Positions 49,136 through 62,626 of a stretch of DNA of 64,000 bases are shown in pieces. The first letter of the stretch is position 1, and each line of letters begins with the position of its first letter. Source of the stretch: Pocillopora damicornis (lineage: Eukaryota). Location of the stretch: positions 310,001 through 374,000 of the forward strand of contig NW_020847569.1 in the NCBI RefSeq assembly GCF_003704095.1. The letters run 5' to 3'. The notes under the pieces were generated by a model. The model was not told the DNA's origin. It saw only the letters and a program-made list of their open reading frames with translations, and made no database searches. The position numbers and the translations under genes were made by a program.

Positions 49136-51063
49136 GTCCGGCTAACTCTCACTTTTTTTCTCTGCTGAACGGGATATTTTTGTTAGTTAATTTGAAGGCT
49201 AGTGCAACTCTTTATTTCACTTCCGTTCCTCTTTATCTGTCCGCTCACTTTCACTCGTTTATTTAGCCCTCACATGCGTTGAAATCTTCCCGTATACAGT
49301 AGAAAAAATATATCAATTAAAAATTTTACATTTAGGACTTAAAATGGCTGAATGTAGCAACTAAAAGCACCCTTTAGTGACTTAGAATAAGGTCAAATCA
49401 TTATCTCCAACTGATGGAAACTGACGTGTCCACCAATGAGCGCGGGAGAAATTTTCCAGTATTTGTAGATTATCTAATGATCTCCACAGGAAGTCTCTGA
49501 GCATGTTTTTCTGTAGATTAATTGACTTCTTATTCCTTTTGACAGCGCTTTCAAAACATTTGCTATCAATAGAACAACGCACAATCTACACGAAATTTGC
49601 ATTTAAATGCAAAAATCAATTTCGCTCAAAAAAACGAAATTTAATTTTAAAAAATGAAGGGAACACCGATGCAGGCTCGCATCCGTGTAGAGGTACTGTG
49701 GCCGAGTCATAACCAAATTGAAAATTATTTCTGCAACTTGATCCCTAATTCATATCATTTTCATGTAAAATTTTATAAACACCGTCGACTTGCCTACGCC
49801 TAAAACTTAATTTTTGGTTTAAAATTTTCCTCTCGACATCAAAGCCACCACCAACTTGTCAAAATCACAAATGCAATGACAGCGGGAAAAAGGCTTTTAG
49901 CTTCACAATGAACAATTATATTTCATATTTTCAAACAACTTTATACTTTCAAGATAAACAACTAGAAAATTATTGGGTAATTGGTTGGGTGCGAGTTGGT
50001 CTGTTGCTATTGAGAGCGGCTGATAAGTAAATCGTTCCTTATCATTAAATTCAGTGGATTTCAAATGAGAACACTTGCAAGGTGCGACGTCTAAAATCAG
50101 TAATATTCACAAATGGAACGGATTTTTCAAATCATAACTAGTTGCAGTAGAACTCTTTATATCTAGAGAATCTCTTATTAAGTTTTTAAATTAAGCTAAA
50201 TCCATGCTGTTTTAAATTAACTCTAACTAATGACATGGTTCAAAGAAGCATCTCTGAACGCAAATCATTCATTGTGATGCAATTGTGACGCAATTGTGTG
50301 CACAGCGGGTGACAAATTTTGTAAGTACAATGCACTTCAAAAGGTCACTGGTTGATTCAAAATCATTCCAACGAAACAGCTGCAATATTTGAAAATGCTT
50401 GAAAGACGTTGACAACTGAAAAAAATACGCAGCTCTCTTCATTGTTTTGTTTTCGATTTAGTTTTTTTTTTTTTTTTTTTTCAAACAAGCTGCTTTGTGG
50501 ATAAAAGCCAGACTAAGAGATAATATTTTAATTCCCTTCATCATGACCTACTGAATATAAATTAAACAGAGAAAGTTCCAGAGCCTCACAGGAGGCAAAA
50601 GATTTTTCGTTTTCGCTACCAGTCCATTTCACTTCAAGCTCTCTCGACAACTATGCTTTAGGACTGAAGCTTGCTCGGTACTGATAGGCGAAGAACGATC
50701 TCTCGCTCATCACACGTTCCCACAGATTTAGCAGTGGCCCTTTCTTCTTTGGAAAATAGGTCAAACTTATTCCATAGCTTGATTTGCAAATACTTGCATG
50801 CCACAGAGACATGTTTTCTTTTGCTGCCACGGAAACGACATCGGCAATACAATGGAGGTTTGATATACATTATTACTGATTTTTAGCACTGTTTGCCACA
50901 GGCTTTCCGCCAAGGGAGACAGTTTTGAAAATGTTTTAATTCCTAGAAAATTTCATTGTTTTTATTTAGTGGGTGGCTAACTATTGCTAATCCAATGTAT
51001 CTGCATTATTTCCTATAATTATTATGTAACCTGCATGCTTTCCTATAACTAGCATGTAATGAT

Positions 51064-51152
51064 CGTTTTTATCCACTGCAGCGCAGCTTATAAACGATCC
51101 TGACAAGTTCAGGGCCTTGGAAGAGGACATAACTAGTCTGGGATGAGGCTTA
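51064..51152 (+). pseudogene. Decayed homologue of the 89-nt exon 2 of genes A and B, upstream of gene D
   Basis: Reads AFLSTAAQLINDPDKFRALEEDITSLG*GL versus [30 protein letters not shown]. In-frame TGA at 51144-51146, donor GCGAGG, and no AG at the homologous acceptor. Confidence 0.65.
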
Positions 51153-51461
51153 GCGAGGAATATACATATTTTGCAGTTCCACAGGCGATTAGAGTTAAAA
51201 TAATATTGAACAATGGGCAATGGGAATAGACTTCCCGGCGTTAGTTACATGATGACTCCTTTACAAGTTTTTATGATGTGATAATTTTCAATCGGCAATA
51301 TTTTTCCGTTATTTCATGAAGGATGCTTTCAAAGCACGTGTGTTCACTTTCTTGGGGGGGGGGGGGGAAAGCAAATATATATGATTTTGAGGTTAATCAG
51401 TTAGGGCCATTTTTAGGATTAGTGCAAATTCTTTGGGTAAAAAACTCTCCAAAAATGTCTT

Positions 51462-51668
51462 TGATCCCTTCCCCCTAAGAGTGGCTAGCATATAATTTCT
51501 TACAATATCACCCCTGAATCACACATTAAGGTCGTGAAAATAAAGGAAAGGATCACCAACTTAAGAGGCTCTTGATTCTTAAACAAATTCTCCTCGTCAG
51601 CACCCTAACAAATGTATAGAGAACAGTATGGAGAATATGTATACTGATGTAAGGGTGTTGAAGATTAA
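51462..51668. mobile_element. piggyBac-like MITE; related copies at about 52041-52229, 53983-54203, 57087-57279, 58800-59008 and 60303-60513
   Basis: Shared core tacaatatcacccctgaatc..ataaaggaaa..gatcacc..aaattctcc..gagaatatg..atactgatg, in either orientation. Confidence 0.7.
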
Positions 51669-52353
51669 CCTGCGGTCATAAAAAGCCTCTATGACAAACT
51701 CCCCACCACAATCACCTCAATAAAGATACAGAGCTCAATATTGACGATTAAGTAAGAAAAAATGGTCAAAATATGGTCCAAAAGAATGGTCAAAAAAATC
51801 TTTCAAAAGTGGTCTAACAGCTCATGTTTTATCCTGTACGACTTCAGCTCCTTTAGTTCAATTTTTTTATTCTAGTGTCCATGCCCTATTACATGCTTCC
51901 GAAATCTTTCCCTTATGTGCTTTCACTTTCTGTTCGACAGGATGGCTATAAACTTGTATTAGGAATTTACCTCTTCTTAATACCATGTATACCAATTTTC
52001 TATTCAGTGAATTTTATTTTTAAAACAGTTCACAAACCCGTTAAACCTTTAGAGTGACCAGCATTCAAATTCTCCTTACAATAATACTGTGGCGCTCATT
52101 AAGATCACGAGAATAAAGGAAATGATCGCCAACCAACGACGCTTTGATTGATAAACGAACTCTCCTTGTCAGTCCCAAATGAAAATATATAGAGAATATG
52201 GATGCTGATGTTAGGAAGTAAAGGGTTAAAAACAGCAGATATGGCTGCTTAGACTTACCCACCTGACTGAATTGTTCATGTGCTTGATTATTGACGAAGT
52301 CTGTTAGTGATAATTTGAACTCATTGCTGTAGTTTCGTATTTTCACAACACAG

Positions 52354-55300
52354 ATAAGTTCGGGGCTTAATTCTTTACGGGATGATTTTGACCAATCAAA
52401 GATCAAACTCATGGAGGCTGACACCGAGACAAGGGAGTCACTCACAAGCGTCAACTCCTCTTTAACTGAGAAGGTTTGAAGTTGTCTGAATTAAACGATG
52501 AGTGTCACTTTCGTATCAATTAGTAAACCCGTCGGAATGAAAAATTTCTATAAGCGACCATGACAGAATTTCTCTTTATAATATCAATCGAAGAATAAGA
52601 GAGATGGAAAGTTTTGAGCTCGGTAAAGAAATAGAGAAAGATTATTTTTGTCTTGTCACGAACGTAGGACAAAGAAAAAATTCTGAGTCCCCAGGCTCGA
52701 TTCCGCATAAGGACTCAGAATTTTTTCTTTGTCCCACGCTCGTGATAAGATGAAAAACATCTTTCTTAATATCAATACGATATCAAGAAGACGATGACGA
52801 AAATTAAGAAAAAAATCAATTAGGAAATTATAAGTTGATTCGATACCAAATTCTCCGAATTAACATCACATGAATTGTATGAGAGACAGAAAGAAGAACT
52901 ACTTATGAGATCTAGGGAGTGAAAGAGTTAAAAATTAACCAAAAAATCCTCCCAGGGCCCCAACTAACACCCAATCGACTAAATTGAACTAACAAGCTTA
53001 CATTGCTAAGCAACGTGCAAACTCGCCAGGCAACCGACCACTAAGAGGCCAAATGAAAAGTGAAATTTAGAAAAAACCCTCAAAATGACACAAAATACAA
53101 AAAAGACTAGACACCGACCAAATCAACGACAACTGAAACCAAAAAAATTATAAAAGGAAGGAAGCAACCATTACCGATTTTTCGTCCAAATGGAAATAGA
53201 AATTTCGTACGGACAGTTCGCATGCAAACCATAAATTGCTAACATGGGGCTAAACAAACGTTGCATTACTTTCCTTGATCTCCTCCTTCCCCCCTAAGGG
53301 GTGCAAGTATTCCAGGCTAAGCACTTCAACTTTAAGACTGGGACTCATGGGATCTCTAATCATGTTGTCATTTCAGCTTCAAAAGCCGGACTCCTCTCTG
53401 AAGCAGTTGACCTCTGCACTAAATATAACAAGCAACAAGCTAGCTAAGATCAACGACACCTTAAAAGAGGTCGGTGATATGATATCTGGTGATGATTTTT
53501 TCCGAGTAAGGCATCAGATTAATTCAGTCATCAAGAAATTATGCACGTCAAAAGACAAACTGAAAGCGTTCAATTACAAGCTGTTAATATTTCTAAATTG
53601 CTTCCCCTTTCAAGGCTTATTGCTGTCCCAATCCTTGCCAAAACGGAGGAACCTGCTATCCAGGAAACGAATGGGTCATATTTCAATGTGTATGTACTCA
53701 AGATTTCACAGGGGAAAGATGTGAATCACGTACGTTATTTCTCTGGAATATGCATGCGTTTATATCAATACATTTTTTAAAAAACGCAGGCCAAAATAAT
53801 CTAATCCCAATGACAAATTAAGAGCCGCCTGTTGGCAACTCATTGAAAACAGCTAATATCAATGAATTTCGGTACGAAGAAAAAAACATGTTTTATTTGT
53901 TTTTTTATATATATATATCTATCAGGCCATCTTATAGAGTGGCTTAAAATGAGAACTTAGGTTTGCGATTTCTTTGGGGCAGATTGATCCTTTAACATCT
54001 TAGCTCTCAATATTAGATTATTGATTCTCCACTCTACCTTCCGCAAATTTCCTTGTGAATCAGTAACGAGAATTGGTGTTACATCAAGATAAAAAGCTCT
54101 ATCTGATAAGCCTGAGTTCTCTCTTTACATGTTTGCTGGATAATGTATGAATAGTACAAGGAGGAGTCACATGTCAATCACTTCTGTGAGTTAAAGGGTG
54201 TATAAAATGCTGGGGGTAATTTTGCGATGGATAAGCAGCTCATCCATGGGGAACGCCCAGTCATGCGTCCTTCCTTAGTATAAGTTTCAGTAGAGTGACT
54301 TCATCTTTCTTTACTTGAAGGTCCTGCCATTCATGTTGTCATCCGAAGCGAAGGTTGCGAAGATAACGCGCCAGGCGTATGTGGCAAAGCTTACATCCAA
54401 GTGAATGGAGCGGAATACTCCCAAAAACATAATGTCGTTGTTGTGCAGGGAGCGACAGGTAAAGTGTCCACGCACATTATATGAGATCAATCGCGCAACT
54501 GCGTACCAACGCCTCCCTTAAACCAGCGATCGTCAACTGATAACAAGTTAGGGTTGACGTTTGGTTAGAGGAGGGGTAGGTGCCCAGTTGCTCAGATACT
54601 AACATTGATCCAATGTTGGTGATAAAAGAGAGGTTTGTCTGTTTTAGAACATTGAACTTCTAAAGTCTTATTTTGGTTCGGCATTTATCTTCCATTTTTT
54701 AATTTAATTCAATTTCGTTCCGGTCAAGTGTTATCCAACCGTGCATTTGACACCCATGGAAGTCAGTCCGAAGGTGTTCGCCTCAGGGACTATCTCAATG
54801 CCATAAGAGGAAAGTATGTAGCCTACTGCATGGGTTCACTCATCGAAGCAGAGCGCGACAATAAGACAGCGCGATCGTAGCAGCGGACTCAAAAAGAGAG
54901 AGAGACTGGTTCGGGTCGGGTCGAGAGTTAACCTAGATGTCTGTTTTTCTCTTGAGCCAACAAAAGACATATGTAGTTTTTATTACCCTTTTTGAATTGA
55001 AAGTGCATTGCGATTGTCGAAACATTTCAGGAATGCACATCACACCATCATACTCTTGCCATGACCTAGAAAAACTTCATCTGCGTGTTTTTATTCACCT
55101 GCATATTAAATCATGTAAGGAACCAATGATTTAGTGATAGCCTGGGAAAGGGAAGGAGTTGGAGAATTTTAAGGGGGGGATAAGTCATCGCAAATAGAGT
55201 ATAAAGGGGGTCTATAAAAAATTGACTATCAACTAACTGCCCATGGGGGGGGAATCATAAGGATATTACAGAGCGGGGGGGAGGGGGGGGTCAGGTTAAT

Positions 55301-58300
55301 ATTATCTTGGCATAACCAAAATCCCCCCAAACTACCCCTCCCCTCGAAGGCTAATGACCAGTCCCTAAACTGGAATCATTTTTTTTATTATTTTGGACTT
55401 AGTTTATAAGCCTCTTTTAATAAACCAGTCAAATGCTTATTCATTTTTAAGTTACATCGTTTTGGTGGCCATTGGAGACGAGGGTTCATTACATGTATCA
55501 CCAGCAATCAACGCTCTTAAGAGATTGGGCGCAAGTGATCCCGACGTTACAGTGAAGTTGAGGGAGTCGTATGCTCTTATTGGCTACGCAGGAGACAACA
55601 AACCATCTTGGATTGAACAAAAAAGTGCCAGAAAAGCAAATGGACCCAGTATTATATCTTCTAGAATTCTCCTAAAATTATGTAAGTTGAGGCATTTTAC
55701 ACCACAAACTTTACTTGATATAAGATAATGATCTATTTCAAGTTTCAAAAAACAAATATTTTTTCTAAATTCAAGAAGCATACAACTGATTTTCTGGAAT
55801 GTGTATACATGTATTCATGCATTTTTGTTGTAATATCCGCCGTAAATACTATCATCTTGTGCGAGAATTAAATCGGTCCCAGAAATAACACATAGCTACA
55901 ACGTACAAGATTAAAAGGGCCGGTTATTTATACGAGGTCAAATCCAAATCACGGTTTTAAGCAATCAGTGGGCCTTACGCTCTCTCTTTTAAAGAGGGTT
56001 GATTTAACGAAATAAATGTCCTTCCACTGTTAACTTTTGGCCATTTTGACACTGTTCACAAAATTAAATGTCCGATAATAGGTTCAGAAAAATTGAGTAA
56101 TTTTCAGAACGCGGTTTTGTTAAACAATGGCTAAACTTTGTTTAAATAGCTGGCCCAAAGCATCCTGCTGGCTGGAAAAACGGAGAATGAGTTGTGGCGG
56201 ACTTTTTTAATATTTTCAATTTCTTGTTTTATTTTTTATTTGTCATGTCATTCCTCAAACCTCTCTTTTTGGTCACCCTTTAAATATGACGTCAGCCCAG
56301 TTTTTCTGCCATTGTCGCCAAATTCTTCCAAATTGGCAGGAGATTCGATCAAAAAAAGCTGATCATTGGTGGTTTACCACTGCCTGTTTAGCCTACGGCC
56401 AAACTCTCACGTTTGGGTTTCCTGTGGGCTTTCGCACGACTAAGGTACGAGCCGGGAGGGGGATCTTGAGACGAGAGTCTCTCCACAAGCCAATGAATTT
56501 ATAATTTTCTGAGTTTATCCACGAACGTAGCATTATGACAATGGTCAGACAAATTACAGAGGAATCAGCAAAGGTTATTGCAAACAACACTCTTTTTGAT
56601 GCCCAGAATGCTGGAAATTACATTCCCAAGCCTCTTACGGCTCTTTTTCAGGCACATCTTCAATAACACTACCAGCGGCCACTTATGAAAAAAGTTGTCA
56701 AAGCCCCTTCACTGTAGACAGTTATTCCCACACTGTAAGTTTGGAGAACCTCATCTCAGTAAATATCTTCATCGTCATTTTTGATGCCAATAACCAACAA
56801 AATAAGTAGAATTGGAATTAAACTCATCGGACATATTTACTTCCTTAAAAATATGAGATATGTTTTTCTCCTTAACTCAGATTCTAGGAGCTGCATGGAA
56901 CTCTATGAATACAATACGTATAAGAACAAGTAAGTAGCATTTATTCACCCAAAAGTGTTGAAAATCTCAAGGTGAGGTGCAATTCGATGTTACGCTTTAA
57001 TTTCGTTGCCTTTCAAATAACCAAAACTAAGCTTTGTATGGGAGAGCAGATTCACAAGCAGACCAGTTTTGTTGGTAGTACCTGAGCCATTTTACTCTTA
57101 AGATCTCATTAGTAATTCACCTTCCTGACTGCCATTTGTTAGCTTGGAGAATTTGATATTGGATCAACTAATAATCCCCTGATTGATATTTTTTTTAATT
57201 CTCGTCTGCTTGATGTTGTGTTGATATTGTAAGGAGAAATCCTGTCAGTCTTGGGCACTTCTTGAAGTAAACGGGTTAGATCAATTTTAAGCCTTCATAT
57301 TTGACAAATCTACTTTGAGGTAAATGATACATCCATCATTTTATTGAAATCATTTCTACTTAGAATAACTGCATTCGTGGTTCATCCTCTTCTCTTCCTG
57401 AAAAGAGTCTTTTTTTCATCAGCTTAGATAAAATACTGTATTAAATTGGAAAGGGGATACCCTATGATCTTTTACTCTTTTATTGTGCTTTATTAACTTT
57501 TAAAAGTACAGTTTTTTAACTTTTTTCGAAAGCAATGTCAGTGACCAAGCCTATCCTTTGAAGCTTGGATCAGGCATTTATCCAGTTTACTGTCAGATGA
57601 CTACTATGCTTAATGCATGTGGAAGCGGCGGTTGGACTCTGGTTATGAAGATGAATGGTTCTAAGGTGAATATTCATAAATAAAATCACCGTTTGGGATC
57701 GAGTGTCCTAAAACCAAAGCCAAGTATTCACAAATGCCAATCAAAATAAAGGAAACTACCTTTAAGGACCAATGAGAACTTAAAGTCCAAACAACAAAAC
57801 TGTCTAAAGCGCGGGAAAAAGCGGGCGTGATTGGTTTTTGTTTTGAATCTGATTGGTTGAGAAAAAGGCGCAAGTTTTCTGGACCAATCCCAAAGCAAAG
57901 TAAAGTAAACTTTCGACATCCATTTGAAAGTCTCCTACGCACGGTGTCTGACAGCAGCAGACTTCATCAAGTAGTTTTCAGAAGTAAGATTAAAAATATC
58001 GCTCATATACTGATTTTAAATTATATGCCTATTTCAACCTCTGCACGAGTTAGGAGGCAAGCGAAAAATACTCTCAATGTTTGCCAAAGGTGTTGTTAGA
58101 TGTTAGAGTGAGTCATGTGTTACCCGCTTTTTCACACTTAAATTCTTTTATTTTTAAGTTCATTACCCTCGTAAGTGAAAATTTGTTTTACCTAAATAAA
58201 CAAACAAGCTAAGAAATTGACAAGATAAGAAAGTAAGAGTACAAACAAGATAAAAGCTTTGTTAACGAGTTTTGTAGAACTGTTTTCGATTTACACCGGC

Positions 58301-59725
58301 TTTCATCGAGAGCATAAAAGTCTATTATATAATGGGCGATCTTTGCAAAATAAATGAGTTACTGCACAGGTTTTTTTTGAAGAGTATCTTTATAAGATCT
58401 TATCATCTCTATTTTTTCCTGCCTATAGTTTTAAAACTATACAGGAAGCTTTAAAAATTATCGTATTACCCGCACCTTCCTATAACCCGCACTAACAACT
58501 GTTTGCGGAAAAATTAACAGATTACCTGCGGGTAATCGGCCGGAAATTACGGTAAGGGGCTACGTGTGAAAACTACCTGAACACGTCTGCTGTTCAAACG
58601 CGATTAAAAAAGTTTTAAAAATTTAAGAGCTTTCATTGCTTCCAACTAGTTTAAGTTATCATTAAAAAAAAATTTTTAGAAAAAAACCTCAAAAAAGGAA
58701 CGATCAAAACCTTTTGGAGGGTGGTGGGGGAGAGGGGGGGTGTTAGGGCTTCCATGCTCCTGGATACCGATCCAAGCACCCTAGCAGTCACCCAACTGAT
58801 TGACTCTTTACACCCTAACATCAGTATGCATGTTTTTTATACTTTTCTCCATGCCTTCCCTGAGTTGTTGACAAGGAGAATTTTTTAACAATTAACAACT
58901 TCTTTAATGGGTGATCATTTCCTTTATTCTCGTGACCTTGATGCTTGATTAAGTGGTGACATTGTAAGGAGAAAATAGAAGTTAGTCATTCCCAGGAGTT
59001 AAGGAGTTCGGCTTCCTCATCCTGGATACTGATTATTGAAGCTTAGTAGCCACGCAACTGATTAGAAAATGTCGTGGAAACCAATTGATTGTTGCTTCTC
59101 GGAGCCCACAATACACTCGTCGTGAGGTAAAACTCATGATAATCCTCTTTTTTTTTTACATCAAAGCCGCCATTACAGTAAACTGTTGTAAATTGATAAT
59201 GTCATTATTCTCCAGGACACCTTCCAATATGATTCCGATCTCTGGAGTAATATGGTGGAGTTTGACAGTTTTGCGGGGATGACAGGATTTGACGAGCAAG
59301 AAACCAAGCTACCAACTTACTGGAACACAAGTTTCAGCTCGATATGCCTCGGCATGAAGAAAGGCAATGAAACCAACTTCATCTTGATCGATAAGCCGGC
59401 TGAATCTCTGTACTATTTGATAGCGGATGGGCAATACCGTAGCACTTCACTTGGTCGCAACGCATGGAAGTCGCTGATTGGTGCAGAGGCCTCTTTGCAA
59501 AACAACTGCAATGCAGAAGGGTTCAACGTACACCCGAATTCAAACAATTCGAAGGCGAGAATTGGTTTGATTGCCAATAATGAAGGAGACTGCGGGACCT
59601 GTGAATCTAGAATTCGCTTTGGTTGCGCAGGCACGGTTCCAAATACATGTGGAAATAGGGCCGCTCATGATGCAGACAATGGAGAAAAAAATATCAAAGT
59701 GATGGGTTACATCTTTGTTCGGTGA
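52354..59725 (+). CDS. Gene D: coiled-coil, EGF, ILEI/PANDER (GG-type lectin) and USOMP5-like protein; 5' end missing or decayed, possibly a pseudogene
   Basis: Exons 52354-52473, 53377-53469, 53615-53729 (EGF), 54321-54458, 54729-54813, 55452-55681 (ILEI: [39 protein letters not shown]), 56881-56929, 57533-57665, 59216-59725. The total is 1473 nt, open, and exon sizes 120/93/115/49/510 equal those of A and B. Confidence 0.75.
57688..57930. mobile_element. MITE-like interspersed repeat
   Basis: Imperfect inverted ends (atcgagtgtc..aaaaccaaa / tttcgaca..ttgaaa) and mirrored ccaatc/gattgg motifs. Confidence 0.45.
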
Positions 59726-61139
59726 AAAGCATTTTATTTGATAATCAGGGTACACGCTTTCTATAGCTGCATATATCACCAACTACATGAGAAGTGCACT
59801 TAATGACATAGAAGTCACACAGTGGTCAAACGTGGGGCATGTGCAAGGGGATCAACTTTGAGCGCACACGCACCAATTTCCCGCGCAAAATTTCTAAGGA
59901 ATACATAAGAAACCGCCGTCTCGCTAAATAACGATGCAAAAGAAAATCTAAGCGTTCATGGGAATCATGGGAAAGGAACACTCGATGGGTATTCCGTTGA
60001 TTTACTAGTCTATTTTGAACTTTACAAAAAACGTTATACGCTTCTAAAACACCGTGACTAACTGGCTTGTGCGGTAGTTTGTAAATTTGGAAAACAACTT
60101 GGTTGTAACAGCCTGAAATCTTCTTTTCATTACAACGTTTGCACATGCGCAGAAGTTTGACTGCTGTCTTTGTAGAAGTAGTAGATAACGAAGTCTAGAT
60201 ACTTGTGATGTTTAGTGTTTTTTAGACAAGCAAAGTTTGAATAGTTCAACTTCATTCACCAAATAAAAAAAAAACTTCCTCTATGTTTGTTACCAGTGAT
60301 TATCAACCCTTAACACTCTAACCTCAGTATGCATATTCTCCATACTCTTCTCCATACATTTGCTGAGGTGCTGACAAGGAGAATTTGTTTAACAATCAAG
60401 AGCTTCCTTAGATGGTGATCATTTCCTTTATTCTCATGACCTTAATGTGTTATTCAGTGATGATATTGTAAGGAGAAATTAGATACTAGTCACTCTTATG
60501 GCTCAAAGTTTAACAGTGGCTGCATCATGTCACTTTTATTTTCATGTGTAGCTTATTGGCAAAGTGTAGTCAGGTGTGTTCATCAATGTAAACACCACTT
60601 CATTATGAGAGTAGATATTTGTTAAAGGTCTAACACCTCCAAACCAAGTGTTGTTTTCTCCGGCAACTCTTTAGATTTTCCAGAAATTAGAAAATTGTAA
60701 AATTTAAGATGGCTTGAGGCCTACCACCAAGGAAGAGTCATCTCATAAACAAATAGAAACAGGTATATCCTCCAAAAAATTTTAATTTCTGTGATACATC
60801 TATCAACTCTTCTTAAACTGGACAGCAAGTCTGCCCATGAAAAGAAAAAACCAAGAGATAGCTGATCTGTTGTCAATATTTTGAAGAAAAATTGCATAAT
60901 TTAACATACAATTATCTACTTTCATAATTCATAAAGAATTTCTATCTATGGTAGTTTTACTGTGTAAGCAAGAAAGCATTTTCTTTATCCAATATCAAGT
61001 GTTCCCACGAATTCTAGGGCACTCCTCTTGGTTGAGACATTTTCACAAATTCTTCATCAATGTAATCTCTTAAGAGTCAGAGTCGTTGCTTAGAGGTTTT
61101 TGGGATCTAGATCTGTTATCAGCTCATACCCTTCACCAA

Positions 61140-62533
61140 CTAAGGCTTCTTCTGTTTGTTCTGCTTATCAATGCACGCCTTGAAAGCTTTTACATGGTCT
61201 TGGCACTTTCTCCAGTCTTTATATTCATCCATACAATCCTTGAAGAGATAACATAATGCAGACAAAAAACTTAATATGTCTCTCTGATTCTAGCTGACCC
61301 AGAGCTCTAAGCAAAGCACTTTTTTTAAGGTACCATCCAGCCACTAAGATCATAAACCCCTAACTGAAATGATTGGCATGTAGAAGATTGTTAGTAAACA
61401 TACAGTTTACAAGATAACACAAGTAAGCTAATTTAGATGTGGAACCTGTATTAAGCAGCACCATATTAGGTGGTCACCCTGTATTAAGCAGCACCATATT
61501 AGGTGGTCACCCTGTGTTAAGCATTAAGTTGTCAAAGTCCCAGATTTCCTTCCCCTTAACCTTATAACTCCCAGAGGTGATTAACATGTGGCTTCTCCCT
61601 TAAAATATCCATATATAATCCAGCAAACATGTAATGAGAATAATCAAACTTATCAGGTTTAAGCTATTACCTCGATCTAACACAGAATTCTCATGACTAA
61701 TTTACAAGGAAACATGTAGAAGTTAGAGGGGAGAATTAACTATTAGATCTTGGGAGTTAAAGGGTTAATCACTGTAATTTTCATCTCTATTAAGCAGTCA
61801 CCTCTATCAAATGGTCATGGTCACCTTTTACTATATTTCCCAAGAATCCCAACAACCTGTTTGTATTGTCTTCCACCAGGATTGGATGGTCACTTAAAGT
61901 AGAACCACTCAAATAAAATTTTAAATATCTTTCAAGTAACTTTTCAATCTCTTTTTCTCTGCCGAAATCAATGTAAGTTGTATTTTTGAGCAAGTTTTTT
62001 GTACATCGAGTGATCAATTACGGCATAAAATAGATCTTTTCATTGTTTTTTAAAATACCCTTTTCTGTGGAATTTATATTTAGCGGTTAACCTGCATTAG
62101 GCGGTTACCAACCATTCCATGTGAGTGACCGCTTGATACAGGTTTCAACTGATTGCCCCTGCCTTGCGGTCAGTGGAAAAATCACCAGGGTCCCCCGCCC
62201 CACCACAAATCATGCTTCCCCGCCCCCCATTTTCGATCGACCACAAAAACTAATTTCCTGGTGAAGTCAAATTTATAGGTTTACCACGGTGTACACGGTG
62301 CAAAATCTGCGAATTGTGTCGTCGCAGGTTGCAGGTTCTTACACTTGGGATGAACATTATTTACCCACCATCAGAGCAAAGTGAAGGTCCGAACATCCTG
62401 AGTTTTTTATCCTAGTATCAAAGGGATCTTCCTCTTCTTCTTCACCTTCTCCTACTTCCACATTTCCCTTCTCGGGATCTTGTTTTCCTAGTTTTCCATG
62501 ACCATGGGACGATCTTCCGCCATGATGTGACAT
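61140..62533 (-). CDS. COA4: Cytochrome c oxidase assembly factor 4 homolog (twin CX9C), 87 aa
   Basis: Exons 62533-62369 and 61238-61140: ...EEEDPFDTRIKNSGCSDLHFALM|DCMDEYKDWRKCQDHVKAFKACIDKQNKQKKP*. Twin CX9C with the DWRxCQ signature. Confidence 0.92.
61556..61768. mobile_element. piggyBac-like MITE nested in an older Tc1-like MITE (about 61437-62150) in the COA4 intron
   Basis: TTAA[CCCTT...AAGGG]TTAA. The host element has ends gtggaacctgtatt / gatacaggtttcaactg and a 33-bp internal duplication. Confidence 0.8.
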
Positions 62534-62626
62534 GACTAGCTATAGAGACATTCTGTGGATAAAACATGAATGATAATTCTGACATAACCGCTGCTAAGGC
62601 AGGCTCACAACAAAATAAAAACAAAC
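62534..62626. promoter_or_regulatory. Compact bidirectional promoter region between COA4 and ZFYVE19
   Basis: 93 bp between divergent ATGs. YY1-like CATGGCGG on both strands (62626-62633 +, 62516-62523 -). Confidence 0.6.

Noticed and set aside
53275-53724. 149-aa ORF as a standalone gene
   Set aside because: It is the 93-nt stalk exon of gene D read through introns, and the EGF exon is in another frame.
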